DNA of 64,000 bases, taken from the NCBI GenBank assembly GCA_964392925.1, contig CAYMRP010000001.1:165585-229584 (forward strand), read 5' to 3'. Below, one piece after another: positions 39,812 to 49,383 of the stretch. The position numbers and the translations under genes were made by a program. The notes beneath the pieces were generated by a model. That model searched no databases. It saw only the letters and a program-made list of their open reading frames with translations, and was not told the origin of the DNA. Every line of letters begins with the position of its first letter. Position 1 is the stretch's first letter. The stretch comes from an uncultured Gammaproteobacteria bacterium (lineage in GTDB: Bacteria; Patescibacteriota; Microgenomatia; Daviesbacterales; UBA10151).

Positions 39812-40891
39812 TTACACATACCCCTTCTTCACTAAAAGTTCCGCTGTCAAAATAGCACCACCGGCAGCTCCCCGAATCGTGTTATGCGACAGTCCGACAA
39901 ACTTGTAATCTAAAATATTATCATCTCTTAATCTTCCGGCAGCAATGCCCATTCCATTTCCGATATTTCTATCAAGCCTCGTTTGAGGTCTATCATCTGC
40001 ATCAATATAAGTGATAAATGGTAAAGGTGTCGAAGGCAATTCTAAACCAGAAAGTGGATTAAAATTATTCCAGGCCTCGATTATCTGAGCCTTCGTTGGT
40101 TTATCTTCAAATTTAACCGACACACTACCCATATGTCCATCTGAAACCGGCACCCTAATACAAGTTGCTGAAATATTTATACCTTCCCGATTCTGAATGT
40201 TATTATTCTTAACCTCTCCCCAAATCTTCAAAGGCTCTTTCTCAGACTTTTCTTCCTCTCCATTTATATAAGGATTTGCATTATCCTGCATTTCCGCCCA
40301 TCCCTCCAAAGTTTTACCAGCACCTGAAACTGCCTGGAGCATAGTCACAATAATCTTAGTTGGCTTAAATTTTAAAAGGGGAGTAATAAGCGGCACATAT
40401 GACTGAATAGAGCAGTTGGGTTTAACAACAATTAGACCGCTATCCCAGCCGCGATTTTTTCTCTGTGTATCAATTAGACTTAAATGTTCAGCATTAACTT
40501 CAGGTAAAATCATCGGAACATCTGGTGTCCATCTGTGTGCTGAGTTATTAGACACCACTGCAACACCAGCAGCTGCATATTCTTCTTCAATCTGTTTTAT
40601 GGCTTGCTTATCCAAATCCACAGCCGAAAAAACAATTTTTACTTGAGAAGCAATTTCTTCCAAATCATCTTCGACTTTTAAAACATTAATCTCAGAAACT
40701 GCTGCCGGAATTTGAGTTTCCATAACCCATCTTCCCTTAACTACTTTAGAATACTTCTTACCCGCAGAGCGGGGGGAAGCAGCTAAAACCTTTATTTCAA
40801 ACATTGGATGCGCAGACAGCAAAGTTACAAATCTTTGTCCGACCATCCCTGTCGCACCCAATATTCCCACTGGTATTTTATTTGTATTCAT
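39812..40891 (-). CDS. asd: Aspartate-semialdehyde dehydrogenase
   Basis: GATGMVGQ, PNCS, QAVSGAG, RVPV.DGH, HNTIRGAAG. Confidence 0.95.
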   Translation of the reverse strand: MNTNKIPVGILGATGMVGQRFVTLLSAHPMFEIKVLAASPRSAGKKYSKVVKGRWVMETQIPAAVSEINVLKVEDDLEEIASQVKIVFSAVDLDKQAIKQIEEEYAAAGVAVVSNNSAHRWTPDVPMILPEVNAEHLSLIDTQRKNRGWDSGLIVVKPNCSIQSYVPLITPLLKFKPTKIIVTMLQAVSGAGKTLEGWAEMQDNANPYINGEEEKSEKEPLKIWGEVKNNNIQNREGINISATCIRVPVSDGHMGSVSVKFEDKPTKAQIIEAWNNFNPLSGLELPSTPLPFITYIDADDRPQTRLDRNIGNGMGIAAGRLRDDNILDYKFVGLSHNTIRGAAGGAILTAELLVKKGYV

Positions 40892-40893
40892 AA

Positions 40894-41796
40894 TTATTTT
40901 ATTAGTTTTAATGCTCTTAAAACTTTTTCTAAAGCTTCCTGATTTATCTCTTCCATTGGCACCAGCGGCAATCGAAAATTCAGTTCAATCTTTCCCATCA
41001 GAAATAGAGCTGTTTTAACCGGAATTGGATTTGATTCAATAAAATTAATATTCATTAAATCCCACATTCTATAGTGCAAACTTCTCGCCTTCGTAAAATT
41101 CCCATCGAGAGCTAAGTGAACCATCTCCGAAAACTCTTTTGGAATTTCATTGCAAACGACTGAAATAACTCCGTGTCCTCCAGCTGCAATCAAAGGTAAG
41201 GTCAACGCGTCGTCTCCCGATAAAACAGAAAAATCCTTGGGTCCTTCCGTAGCCGCCAGTTTAATAATCTCCATCATCTGAGCAATAGATCCTGAAGCCT
41301 CTTTTACGGCTTTTATCGCTGGAACTTCTCTGGCAATCCGGATGATATTAACAGGAGGCACATTAGAGCCAGTTCTTCCAGGTACATTATAAATAATGAT
41401 CGGCAGACCAACTTTCGCCACTTCTTTATAATGAGCAATCAACCCATTAATAGTCGGCTTATTATAAAAAGGAGTAACGTGTAGTAGCGCATCAGCCCCA
41501 GCTCTCTTGGCTATTTTAGACAACTGAACCGCCCGTAATGTATCGTTTGATCCAGCCCCGGCGATGACCGGAATTCTTCCATTAACTGCCTCAACTACAG
41601 TTTTAATAACTGTCTCGTATTCCTCATCACTAAGAGTCGCCGCTTCACCAGTTGAACCGCAGGCAACAATTGCATCAATCCCTCCTTCAATCTGAAATTC
41701 AACAAATTCTTTTAAAGCAGGTAAATCCAGTTCACCATCACTGGTAAACGGCGTAATAATAGCCGGGATAGATCCAAAAAATTTTATCTTCTTCAT
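40894..41796 (-). CDS. dapA: 4-hydroxy-tetrahydrodipicolinate synthase
   Basis: GSTGE, PFYNKP, YNVPGRT, VKEASG, NPIPVK. Confidence 0.96.
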   Translation of the reverse strand: MKKIKFFGSIPAIITPFTSDGELDLPALKEFVEFQIEGGIDAIVACGSTGEAATLSDEEYETVIKTVVEAVNGRIPVIAGAGSNDTLRAVQLSKIAKRAGADALLHVTPFYNKPTINGLIAHYKEVAKVGLPIIIYNVPGRTGSNVPPVNIIRIAREVPAIKAVKEASGSIAQMMEIIKLAATEGPKDFSVLSGDDALTLPLIAAGGHGVISVVCNEIPKEFSEMVHLALDGNFTKARSLHYRMWDLMNINFIESNPIPVKTALFLMGKIELNFRLPLVPMEEINQEALEKVLRALKLIK

Positions 41797-42515
41797 TATT
41801 CAAATAAGCTGTCAAAAGCATAAACTCCTTTCTTTCCCTGTATAAATTCTGCTGCCATAACCGAGCCTTCTGCATATCCGCGCCGCGAATGATTTTGAAC
41901 CTGAATCTTAATTGAATCTGCCTCAGAATCAAAAGTTACCTCATGCATTCCAGGATTTCTTCCGCCTCTGATAGATGCAAAATGCAGTTCATTATTTTCT
42001 ATTTTCCGGTCTAGTCTTCCGGTCTGAAGCGTAGTTTTAGACGGGAAATTCTTCATTATTGCTTCTGCCGTTTTAAAAGCCGTTCCGGAAGGACTATCTT
42101 GTTTCCCAGAGTGATGCGCTTCTACGCCATAAACATCATAATTTCCATACTTTGACATCAACCGCGAAGCCTCTGATACCAGCTTAAAAAATATATTAGT
42201 CCCAATTGCAAAATTTTGACCGTATATTAAGCCTGTTCCTGTCTTCAAAGCAATCTTTTCAACCTCAGAAATTTTGTCATACCAGCCTGATGTTCCCACA
42301 ACCATATTTTTGCCCATCCCAAGCACTGAGCTTATATTTTCCATCACCACTTCAGGACCGGAGAAATCTATCACCACATCAGCACCTTTTATTCCGGCTT
42401 CATCAAATCCTCGTTCCTTCGAGCTAATAGAAACAATCTGATGCTTTTTCCCTTCACGGATAACCTGTTCTATTTCCTTGCCCATATTTCCATAACCAAG
42501 TAATGCGATTTTCAT
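41796..42515 (-). CDS. dapB: 4-hydroxy-tetrahydrodipicolinate reductase
   Basis: GYGNMG, IDFS, VVGTSG, EAHH..K.DSPSGTA. Confidence 0.95.
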   Translation of the reverse strand: MKIALLGYGNMGKEIEQVIREGKKHQIVSISSKERGFDEAGIKGADVVIDFSGPEVVMENISSVLGMGKNMVVGTSGWYDKISEVEKIALKTGTGLIYGQNFAIGTNIFFKLVSEASRLMSKYGNYDVYGVEAHHSGKQDSPSGTAFKTAEAIMKNFPSKTTLQTGRLDRKIENNELHFASIRGGRNPGMHEVTFDSEADSIKIQVQNHSRRGYAEGSVMAAEFIQGKKGVYAFDSLFE

Positions 42516-42516
42516 A

Positions 42517-43353
42517 TTAATTCTGTACCTCCTGATCAGTAATAACTAAAGTTCCTGCTGATGATAAATTAAAAGTGTTCCTGACTACAACTGGAATACC
42601 TGAATTCATAACCGGAGTCAGACAATCAGGATGTAAAACCTTAGCTCCATTCCTAGCCATCTCTATCATATGATCAATCATAATTCTCTCAACTGTCCGA
42701 GCTTCTTTGTGAAACTTAGGATCATGAGTCATAACCCCATCAACATCTGTCCAGTTCTCATAACTTTCAGCCTGAATTCCTCGGGCTATTACAGCCCCGC
42801 TTATATCAGATCCTCCGCGAGGAAAGGTCTTCACTTGCCGGTCTTCTCCAAGTCCATAAAACCCAGGAATTACTACTCTTCCTTCATAACCGCCTAAAGC
42901 CTCATTAATTAAATCATACGAAATCTCATTAACTGTTCCGTCCTGATTAATTCTTATCACTTCTGCAGCATCCAAAAATCTGGCATCAATTAAATCCGCC
43001 AGCATCCGGGCCGCTAACCATTCTCCCCGCGAAGCTCTAAAATCGCGGTTATGATAATTAAATGTAAAATCCTCAAAAGCCTGTCTTACGATTTCGCCTG
43101 CATTCTTCCAGCCTAAATTCATCCCTTCCTCGAGGAACCGTCGCTCGACATTACCCCAATTCCCATCAATCAATTGGTCGGTAATCTTATTAGGATACTT
43201 TTCATTCTTCCCGGGTGCTGAAACCACCACAATCCGTCGTGAAGCATCCTGATTAATAATCTGTATAACCTGCTTAACGGACGCTGCATCGGCCATCGAT
43301 GATCCGCCAAACTTCGCAACAATTGGTTTTATCTTATTCATTTCAAGAATCAT
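42517..43353 (-). CDS. lysC: Aspartate kinase, catalytic domain only (track start 43377)
   Basis: KFGGSS, VVVSAPG, TFPRGGSD, WTDVDG, GAKVLHP; ends at GTLV with no ACT domains. Confidence 0.9.
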   Translation of the reverse strand: MILEMNKIKPIVAKFGGSSMADAASVKQVIQIINQDASRRIVVVSAPGKNEKYPNKITDQLIDGNWGNVERRFLEEGMNLGWKNAGEIVRQAFEDFTFNYHNRDFRASRGEWLAARMLADLIDARFLDAAEVIRINQDGTVNEISYDLINEALGGYEGRVVIPGFYGLGEDRQVKTFPRGGSDISGAVIARGIQAESYENWTDVDGVMTHDPKFHKEARTVERIMIDHMIEMARNGAKVLHPDCLTPVMNSGIPVVVRNTFNLSSAGTLVITDQEVQN

Positions 43354-43408
43354 AAAGGCAGTGTAGTGGAGAAGCAATTTTTACCGGTAATATGACAACA
43401 TATCTATA

Positions 43409-43430
43409 ATTTGTTAAATATTTAACAAAT
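43409..43430. promoter_or_regulatory. Perfect 22-bp palindrome upstream of lysC
   Basis: ATTTGTTAAATATTTAACAAAT is its own reverse complement. Confidence 0.45.
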
Positions 43431-43447
43431 AAAACATAAAATTTGCC

Positions 43448-43487
43448 AAAAAAAAGAGCCATGTGTTTGTAATAACATATGGCTCTT
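43448..43487 (-). terminator. Intrinsic terminator upstream of lysC
   Basis: Minus strand AAGAGCCATATGT..ACACATGGCTCTT followed by a T tract. Confidence 0.85.
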
Positions 43488-43735
43488 CTATCTATTTTGT
43501 TCCAATTACCCACATCTTCTTAAAAGGTACGTTACTCTTTTAATCTGAAACCGCTATTACACACGGCTTTAAGGTAAGTTCTGCAATCCTTCGATAGACC
43601 CAGGATGCTCCGTTTGCTTCCCCAATCAGCATCGTCTGACACACTTGCCTACTGATCTATGGTACTTACTAACATTGAAACTGAAATTGGGATTTAACTG
43701 TCTCCTTCCTTCCAACTTCTAAAAACATCGGAGCT
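43448..43735 (-). ncRNA. Candidate ~290-nt structured RNA upstream of the lysine operon
   Basis: TTGACA-N19-TAAGAT promoter, nested stems, terminator, no long ORF. Confidence 0.45.
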
Positions 43736-43865
43736 ATTTCATCTTACTATTGTGTGAGGGTAGTGTGTCAATATACAGGATCTTGGGGGTCACAAATGAT
43801 TGGCACACTAGATCAACAGAATCCATGAGCTTGCTTACAATTAGCAATTTATATATAAGAGTGAA

Positions 43866-44294
43866 ATGCCAAAACCTGAATTCACAAATAGTTCTTACCA
43901 GGCTCAAAGCAGAGAGATGCCAGAGGTTATTTCTCAAGCATTGGATTTTATATCAGATCCACTTGCCCAAGCAAGAACCTCAGAAATAATAATAAAGAGT
44001 GCTCAAGAAGATGCTGTCTTAACTATAGAGGCTTTTAAACTTCCTCCTATATCTCAAAACTATGCCGAGCTTGGGCGCGCAAAGTTAGCAATTGATAAAG
44101 CTCAACAAGAATGGAATAGAGCTCATCCCGAGAGTAAAATTCATGTGAAGAGTAGTGTTGGTAGCAGTCCTGATTTAGTCACCGGAGATAGTTACCAAGT
44201 ACTTCCCTCAGGAGCACTCATAAAAACTACACCCGCTACAGTACATCACCAAACGGCATTTAGAGGCATAAGGAATGTTAATAAGAGGAGTTAG
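43866..44294 (+). CDS. Hypothetical orphan protein
   Basis: 142-aa ORF. Confidence 0.6.
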   Translation: MPKPEFTNSSYQAQSREMPEVISQALDFISDPLAQARTSEIIIKSAQEDAVLTIEAFKLPPISQNYAELGRAKLAIDKAQQEWNRAHPESKIHVKSSVGSSPDLVTGDSYQVLPSGALIKTTPATVHHQTAFRGIRNVNKRS

Positions 44295-44305
44295 TCAGAA
44301 AATAG

Positions 44306-44926
44306 TTATTCAAATCTGCGTATAACCCCGGTACATTTTCCTTGAATTTGAACTTCACCAATATTGACATAAATTGGGTCCATAGCTGAATTCGCTGGCT
44401 CGAGCCTAATCCTACCAGGTTCTTTGAAATACTTCTTCAAAGTTGCGAGCCCTGAATCAAGAAGTGCTACCACAATATCACCATCATTTGCATGATTCTG
44501 CTGCTCAATAATTACATAATCTCCATCTAATATTCCGGATTCAATCATCGAATCTCCTTTAACCTGCAAAACATAAGAATGTTTTTTATCTTTAATCATA
44601 TGTGGAGAAACTGAAACAGTAGCAGAAGGATCTGTATAAGGCATTATTGGTTGTCCGGCTGCAATAAACCCGAGTAGGGGAATCTCGATAGTCCGGGGTT
44701 TAGCATCAAATTCTTCTAATAACTCAATACCGCGGACTGTACCTTCAAATTTTCTGATAGCGCCTTTTTTAACGAGAGCCATCAAATGCTCATGTACAGT
44801 AGCCAAAGATGAAAGTCCCATTGCGTCGGCAATTTCACCTAAAGTCGGGGAGTAACCATACTTATCTATATAGTCACGAACGAAATTTAAAATATCTTTT
44901 TGTCTTTTATATAATACTGCTGGCAC
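44306..44926 (-). CDS. lexa: LexA repressor (probable GTG start 44926; track start 44944)
   Basis: wHTH with PT..EI, Ala-Gly site IAAG, GDSM Ser, TLKK Lys; AAAGGAG SD before GTG. Confidence 0.95.
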   Translation of the reverse strand: MPAVLYKRQKDILNFVRDYIDKYGYSPTLGEIADAMGLSSLATVHEHLMALVKKGAIRKFEGTVRGIELLEEFDAKPRTIEIPLLGFIAAGQPIMPYTDPSATVSVSPHMIKDKKHSYVLQVKGDSMIESGILDGDYVIIEQQNHANDGDIVVALLDSGLATLKKYFKEPGRIRLEPANSAMDPIYVNIGEVQIQGKCTGVIRRFE

Positions 44927-44993
44927 TTGATAATCTCCTTTCAAAAGCTGTAAACTAATTTACAACTCACTGCTCTTACTGAAATCTACTTTA

Positions 44994-45009
44994 CCAAACA
45001 AAACCCAAA
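44994..45009 (-). promoter_or_regulatory. Candidate LexA box TTTGG-N6-TTTGG between lexA -35 (TTGACG) and -10 (TAAAGT)
   Basis: Same direct-repeat geometry found at uvrB and uvrA. Confidence 0.65.
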
Positions 45010-45161
45010 CCCGTCAAGCCATACAATCTATATCAAACAATACAAAACCGAAGAATAGGCATATTTTTCAAATAAAGCGGCTATTCCCTGAGACATAATT
45101 ATGCATATAGAAAATAAGACCTATAGTTTACAATATAGCCAAAAAGTTGTATAATTATAGG

Positions 45162-46190
45162 ATGTTGAGAGAAAAATCAGGCATTTTTATCCCGGAAAAC
45201 CCCCAAATTCTGAATCTGCAGACTGCTGGTAATTCTGATGCTTTTTTAGATAAATGGCTTCGTCAGTCCAGAGGAGAAATCATACCAAATACAAAATTAG
45301 TTTTAGTTCTTACTGCCGGAATGCGCAGAGGTGGAATTACTACGGGAATTTTATCAGGACTTAGGACTCACGGCTTTTCACCAGATGGATTACAGGCAAT
45401 TGTCGGATCTTCTGTTGGAGGTACAGTAGCGAGGGAGTATGCGGGCAATAACCTCGATGCCTTAGAAGGATTGTTTGCCGACGACCGCCGTCCAAATAAA
45501 ACCACCGGAGAGCTTGAAAGGGTCATTTTTATGCCACCAACGAAGCCAAAATTCATAAATTTCGTAAACACTGAAGACTTATTCCGTAAAGAAGGAGCAC
45601 CTGAGGAAGTTGTTAAAGCTGCAAAACCTGAAATTTATGTCGGTCTTCGGGATAAGGGCGAAAAACGATTTATTAACTTAAAAGAAGTGGAGGATTCTGT
45701 TGATTTGGTTATTTCCTCAATGACAATTCAAAAAATTACTGAAAGAAGAAATAGGCGGGTAATTCTAAATACAACTAAAGAAGAAATAATGGGAGCAGAT
45801 CCTTTGCACAAAGATAGTGAATTAATTAAATTTGCCATTAATGAATTGGGTGCAACAGATATAGGAGTTTTATTTACTTCTAATCCATTTGAAAGAAATC
45901 TTGCTGATATAGCCTTTGATTATGGAGTAGCAATCCTTGAGCACATGCATAACAGAGAACACATGTTCAGAGCGCTTTACGATTTAAGACATACTGATAA
46001 AAGTCCGGAACACTTTGAAAAACTATTTTCTGGCTCAGGCAAAGTTGAGATGGCAGGTTTCTATCCGCAGGATATGCCAATTAATCCGAGTGAACTTGAT
46101 TTAGCGCTCATGTCCCGTGTGATTAAAGAATCTAAAGCCTTTGGTGATCAGCAGGGGATGGCAAGTGCCCAAAGACTCTATTCTAGGTAA
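45162..46190 (+). CDS. Divergent patatin-like phospholipase (track start 45147)
   Basis: LVLTAG.RRG oxyanion-like block, GSSVG nucleophile elbow; DGG appears as ADP. Confidence 0.6.
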   Translation: MLREKSGIFIPENPQILNLQTAGNSDAFLDKWLRQSRGEIIPNTKLVLVLTAGMRRGGITTGILSGLRTHGFSPDGLQAIVGSSVGGTVAREYAGNNLDALEGLFADDRRPNKTTGELERVIFMPPTKPKFINFVNTEDLFRKEGAPEEVVKAAKPEIYVGLRDKGEKRFINLKEVEDSVDLVISSMTIQKITERRNRRVILNTTKEEIMGADPLHKDSELIKFAINELGATDIGVLFTSNPFERNLADIAFDYGVAILEHMHNREHMFRALYDLRHTDKSPEHFEKLFSGSGKVEMAGFYPQDMPINPSELDLALMSRVIKESKAFGDQQGMASAQRLYSR

Positions 46191-46318
46191 AATGCTGTCC
46201 GAGCTTCCTAGCTCTTCAATTCTTGATTTAACCAAAAAGAAATTCGCTAATTCTCACTTTTATGTTAGCTACTACCCACTATTTGCCAACAGAACAATTT
46301 CTGTTATTATAGTTTCGA

Positions 46319-47152
46319 ATGAATTATCAACTCGGTATCATAGGTTATGGAATTGTTGGTCAGGCTGTTGAATACGGCTTTAAAAGCGAAGATATCCATA
46401 TCTACGATAAATTCAAAAATTACCTTTCCCTCGAAGAAGTTTGTGAAAAATCAGAATTTATCTTCCTGGCTGTCCCAACTCCGATGACAGAAGACTATAC
46501 TAAGATCGATTTAAGTATAGTTAACGAAACTGTCGCCGAAATTGCCGCTCAAATCAAAGGCACTGATAAAGTACTAGTTATAAAATCCACAGTCACTCCC
46601 GGAACAACAGCCAGATTATCCAAAGAACATCCTGATGTTCAATTCGCCTTCAACCCTGAATTCTTAACCGAAGCTAACTTCCTTGAAGATTTTGTAAATG
46701 CTGATCGGACAGTAATAGGCGCTGATAATGATTTAGTCTCCAGGCGTTTAGTCTCGCTCTACAAAAAACATTTCCCTAAAACTCCAGTTCTTCAAACCGA
46801 CCCAACTTCTGCAGAAATGGTCAAATACATGGCCAATTGCTATCTAGCTTCAAAAGTCATCTTTGCAAATGAAATGTTTGATCTTTGCGAGAAGCTCGGC
46901 GTTAAATACGAAGAAGTGAAAAAAATGGTAGTTGCCGATCACCGAATTTACGATTCTCATTTAGATATAACTACCCTTCGCGGCTTTGGTGGTAAATGTT
47001 TCCCTAAAGACATCGTCGCTTTGATTGGTTTATTTAAAGAGAAAGGTGTTGATGCATCTTTTCTCGAAACTGTTTGGAAGAAAAATCTGGAACTTCGCCA
47101 CGCCCGCGATTGGGAGGAAATCCCTGGTGCTGTCGCCAAAAAGAAACCTTAG
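46319..47152 (+). CDS. UDP-glucose/GDP-mannose dehydrogenase family, short form
   Basis: GYGIVG, VPTP, KSTV.PGTT, NPEFL, GFGGKCFPKD; no C-terminal UDP-binding domain. Confidence 0.9.
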   Translation: MNYQLGIIGYGIVGQAVEYGFKSEDIHIYDKFKNYLSLEEVCEKSEFIFLAVPTPMTEDYTKIDLSIVNETVAEIAAQIKGTDKVLVIKSTVTPGTTARLSKEHPDVQFAFNPEFLTEANFLEDFVNADRTVIGADNDLVSRRLVSLYKKHFPKTPVLQTDPTSAEMVKYMANCYLASKVIFANEMFDLCEKLGVKYEEVKKMVVADHRIYDSHLDITTLRGFGGKCFPKDIVALIGLFKEKGVDASFLETVWKKNLELRHARDWEEIPGAVAKKKP

Positions 47153-47220
47153 TCTCACGCTCTCTATAAAAACCCCTGTATTAAAATCATTATCAAAAGA
47201 AATTTAACTGTAAAAAGTTA

Positions 47221-47745
47221 TTAGTTAGAGGAATTTATAGGATCAGGTGTCACTGTATCAAGTGAAGCGGCCGTTGTTGTCACATCAGTGGCCGATGGAG
47301 GCACGGGTGAGGTAGTAGTAGTATCTGTCTGAGGAGCAGCTCCTACAGGAGCTTGAGGCTGCGCTTGATTTTGAGCCTGTTTCTTTTGCATGATATTTTT
47401 AACTTCCTGAACAATTTGGTCTGGTGTATAAGCGGCTTTTACTAAATATCCATCAGCCCCCAACTCAAAACCCTGTTTTATGACAGCATCTTGTCCTAAG
47501 TTAGTTAATAAAACTACTGCTACTGATTTAGTATTGGGGTTTTGTCTTATACTTTGAAGAATCTGCAGACCATTAATATCTGGAAGCATTATATCTAAAA
47601 GTACTAAATCGTAGGCATTTTTAGAAATTGCATTGAGTCCATCTTGCCCTGTTCCAAAAGCATCAGTCGTAAAACCGGAAAGATCCAGCTGTCTTTTAAA
47701 CAAATCCCTAATAAATTCTTCATCCTCAACTAAAAGAACCTTCAT
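47221..47745 (-). CDS. Receiver-only response regulator with low-complexity tail (track start 47787)
   Basis: LLVEDE, LLDIMLP, LTN, GADGYLVK. Confidence 0.9.
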   Translation of the reverse strand: MKVLLVEDEEFIRDLFKRQLDLSGFTTDAFGTGQDGLNAISKNAYDLVLLDIMLPDINGLQILQSIRQNPNTKSVAVVLLTNLGQDAVIKQGFELGADGYLVKAAYTPDQIVQEVKNIMQKKQAQNQAQPQAPVGAAPQTDTTTTSPVPPSATDVTTTAASLDTVTPDPINSSN

Positions 47746-47797
47746 AACATCCCTAATATACTCACCAAAGGTCAAAATAGTCAACACTCTGAACTTT

Positions 47798-49306
47798 TTA
47801 CATTCTCTTTGTTAAGACATCAATATCTATATTATTAGCAACAGCCGGCAGACTGAAGCTAAATGTCGATCCTTGGCCTGCTCCTGGAGACTCAGCCCAA
47901 ATCACTCCTTTATGCAGTTCAACGATTGCTTTAGATAAATATAATCCAAGTCCATTGCCTTTTGAAGCTTGCTCAGCCGATCCTCCTTGTACCCTAAAGA
48001 ACTTACCAAACAATTTTGGCAAAGCCTCAGGCGGTATTCCTTTTCCTGTATCTTTAATATGCGTTGACACCATTTCGTCTTTTAAATCAACCCAAACTTC
48101 TATTTTACCCATTGGCTCCGTGTAATTAATGGCATTTGAAATCATGTTATTTAAAACCTCATTAATTCTGACTAAATCTACTTGGACTTGAGGAATTGGA
48201 TCTTTGGGTTCAATAAATTTCAAACTAATCCGCTTTTCATCAGCCCTATGCTCAAATGTATCAACCTGCGATTTCACATTAGTTGCCCAGTCTATTATTT
48301 GGGTATGCAAAGTCATCGCTCCTCTTTCTACCCTCGAAACGCTCAACAAATTTTCAACCAAACCTGCCAGTTGTTGGGTTGAAGTATTTATCCGGGTAAT
48401 AAACATCATTTGATCCGGAGTAAGTTTATCTTTGTTCTCGTTCATAAAAACCGAAATATAGCCTTTAATGGAAGTTAAAGGAGTCCTCAGTTCGTGCGCT
48501 GCCATAGATACAAAATCCAGCTTCATAGCCTCCAGCTGTTTCTCCTTAGTCTTATCCTGCAAAAGAATTACACAAGCAATATTTATCGCATCACCCATCT
48601 CCGGCAAATAAACATTTAAATCCGCAAAACTTTGCTTGTTTATATTGCTAATAATTTTAGTCTCCGGCATAATGAAAATTCCTGAGTCGGTCGGTGCCTT
48701 CTTCTTAGGTATGTACTGGGAACTTAAAATTTCCTGATTCTGCTTATCATAAAATCTGACGACTCTATCAACACTTTTGCCAACCGAATCAACTCTTTTT
48801 ATTCCCGTCACATTCTGCGCTGCATTATTAATAAACACTACCTCCATCTTCTTATTAAGCAAAATTATCGGATCACTAATATTCATCACCGAAGTCTCAA
48901 ATAATTTATTTTGTGCCGCACTAAATTCCGATAAATTAGCTGAGTACCCTTGGTTCTGAGTCATATAGTTTTGAACCTGAGTCAGCATAATATACAGCTG
49001 TTTATAATCTCCCAAATTAGTACTCTCAGGGACTGGTTTAAAAGTCCGGCTCAAAACACTTTGCATTGATGATGTAATAAGCTCAAGTGGTTCCAAATAC
49101 CTCTTACTAATAAATTTTAAGATCAGCTGGCCGCTCAGAATTAACAATGGAACAATAAATATAAATGTCAGTAGGATCTGGCCCAATGATTTAAAATAAG
49201 GGGTATAAATGCTGGCTATCCAGGCTCCGGTTGTTAAGATAACCGCTGGCAAAGCCAGAAAACCAAATAATAAAAGCAGCTTAAAACGGGCAGGTTTTTC
49301 GTTCAC
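47798..49306 (-). CDS. Membrane PAS histidine kinase
   Basis: Two TMs, PAS, HELRTPLT, NAINY, DTG.GI, GNGLGL. Confidence 0.94.
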   Translation of the reverse strand: MNEKPARFKLLLLFGFLALPAVILTTGAWIASIYTPYFKSLGQILLTFIFIVPLLILSGQLILKFISKRYLEPLELITSSMQSVLSRTFKPVPESTNLGDYKQLYIMLTQVQNYMTQNQGYSANLSEFSAAQNKLFETSVMNISDPIILLNKKMEVVFINNAAQNVTGIKRVDSVGKSVDRVVRFYDKQNQEILSSQYIPKKKAPTDSGIFIMPETKIISNINKQSFADLNVYLPEMGDAINIACVILLQDKTKEKQLEAMKLDFVSMAAHELRTPLTSIKGYISVFMNENKDKLTPDQMMFITRINTSTQQLAGLVENLLSVSRVERGAMTLHTQIIDWATNVKSQVDTFEHRADEKRISLKFIEPKDPIPQVQVDLVRINEVLNNMISNAINYTEPMGKIEVWVDLKDEMVSTHIKDTGKGIPPEALPKLFGKFFRVQGGSAEQASKGNGLGLYLSKAIVELHKGVIWAESPGAGQGSTFSFSLPAVANNIDIDVLTKRM

Positions 49307-49353
49307 TTCATTTATTATACAAGTTAAAGAGGGCGTTTTACTGGATTAAAAAC

Positions 49354-49369
49354 TTCGGGTTTTATGTGG
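49354..49369 (+). promoter_or_regulatory. Candidate LexA box TTCGG-N6-TGTGG abutting uvrB -10 TAAAAT
   Basis: Direct repeat in the same position relative to -10 as at lexA. Confidence 0.6.
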
Positions 49370-49383
49370 TAAAATGAAAAACT

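Noticed and set aside
43448-43735. Canonical lysine riboswitch, T-box or raiA-motif RNA
   Set aside because: No AGAGGUGC core or UGGNACC bulge on the lysC strand; raiA-like snippets fall on opposite strands. Kept only as an unassigned RNA
44949-44964. TGTAAA-N4-TTTACA palindrome as LexA operator
   Set aside because: Not found at uvrA or uvrB, whereas the direct repeat is
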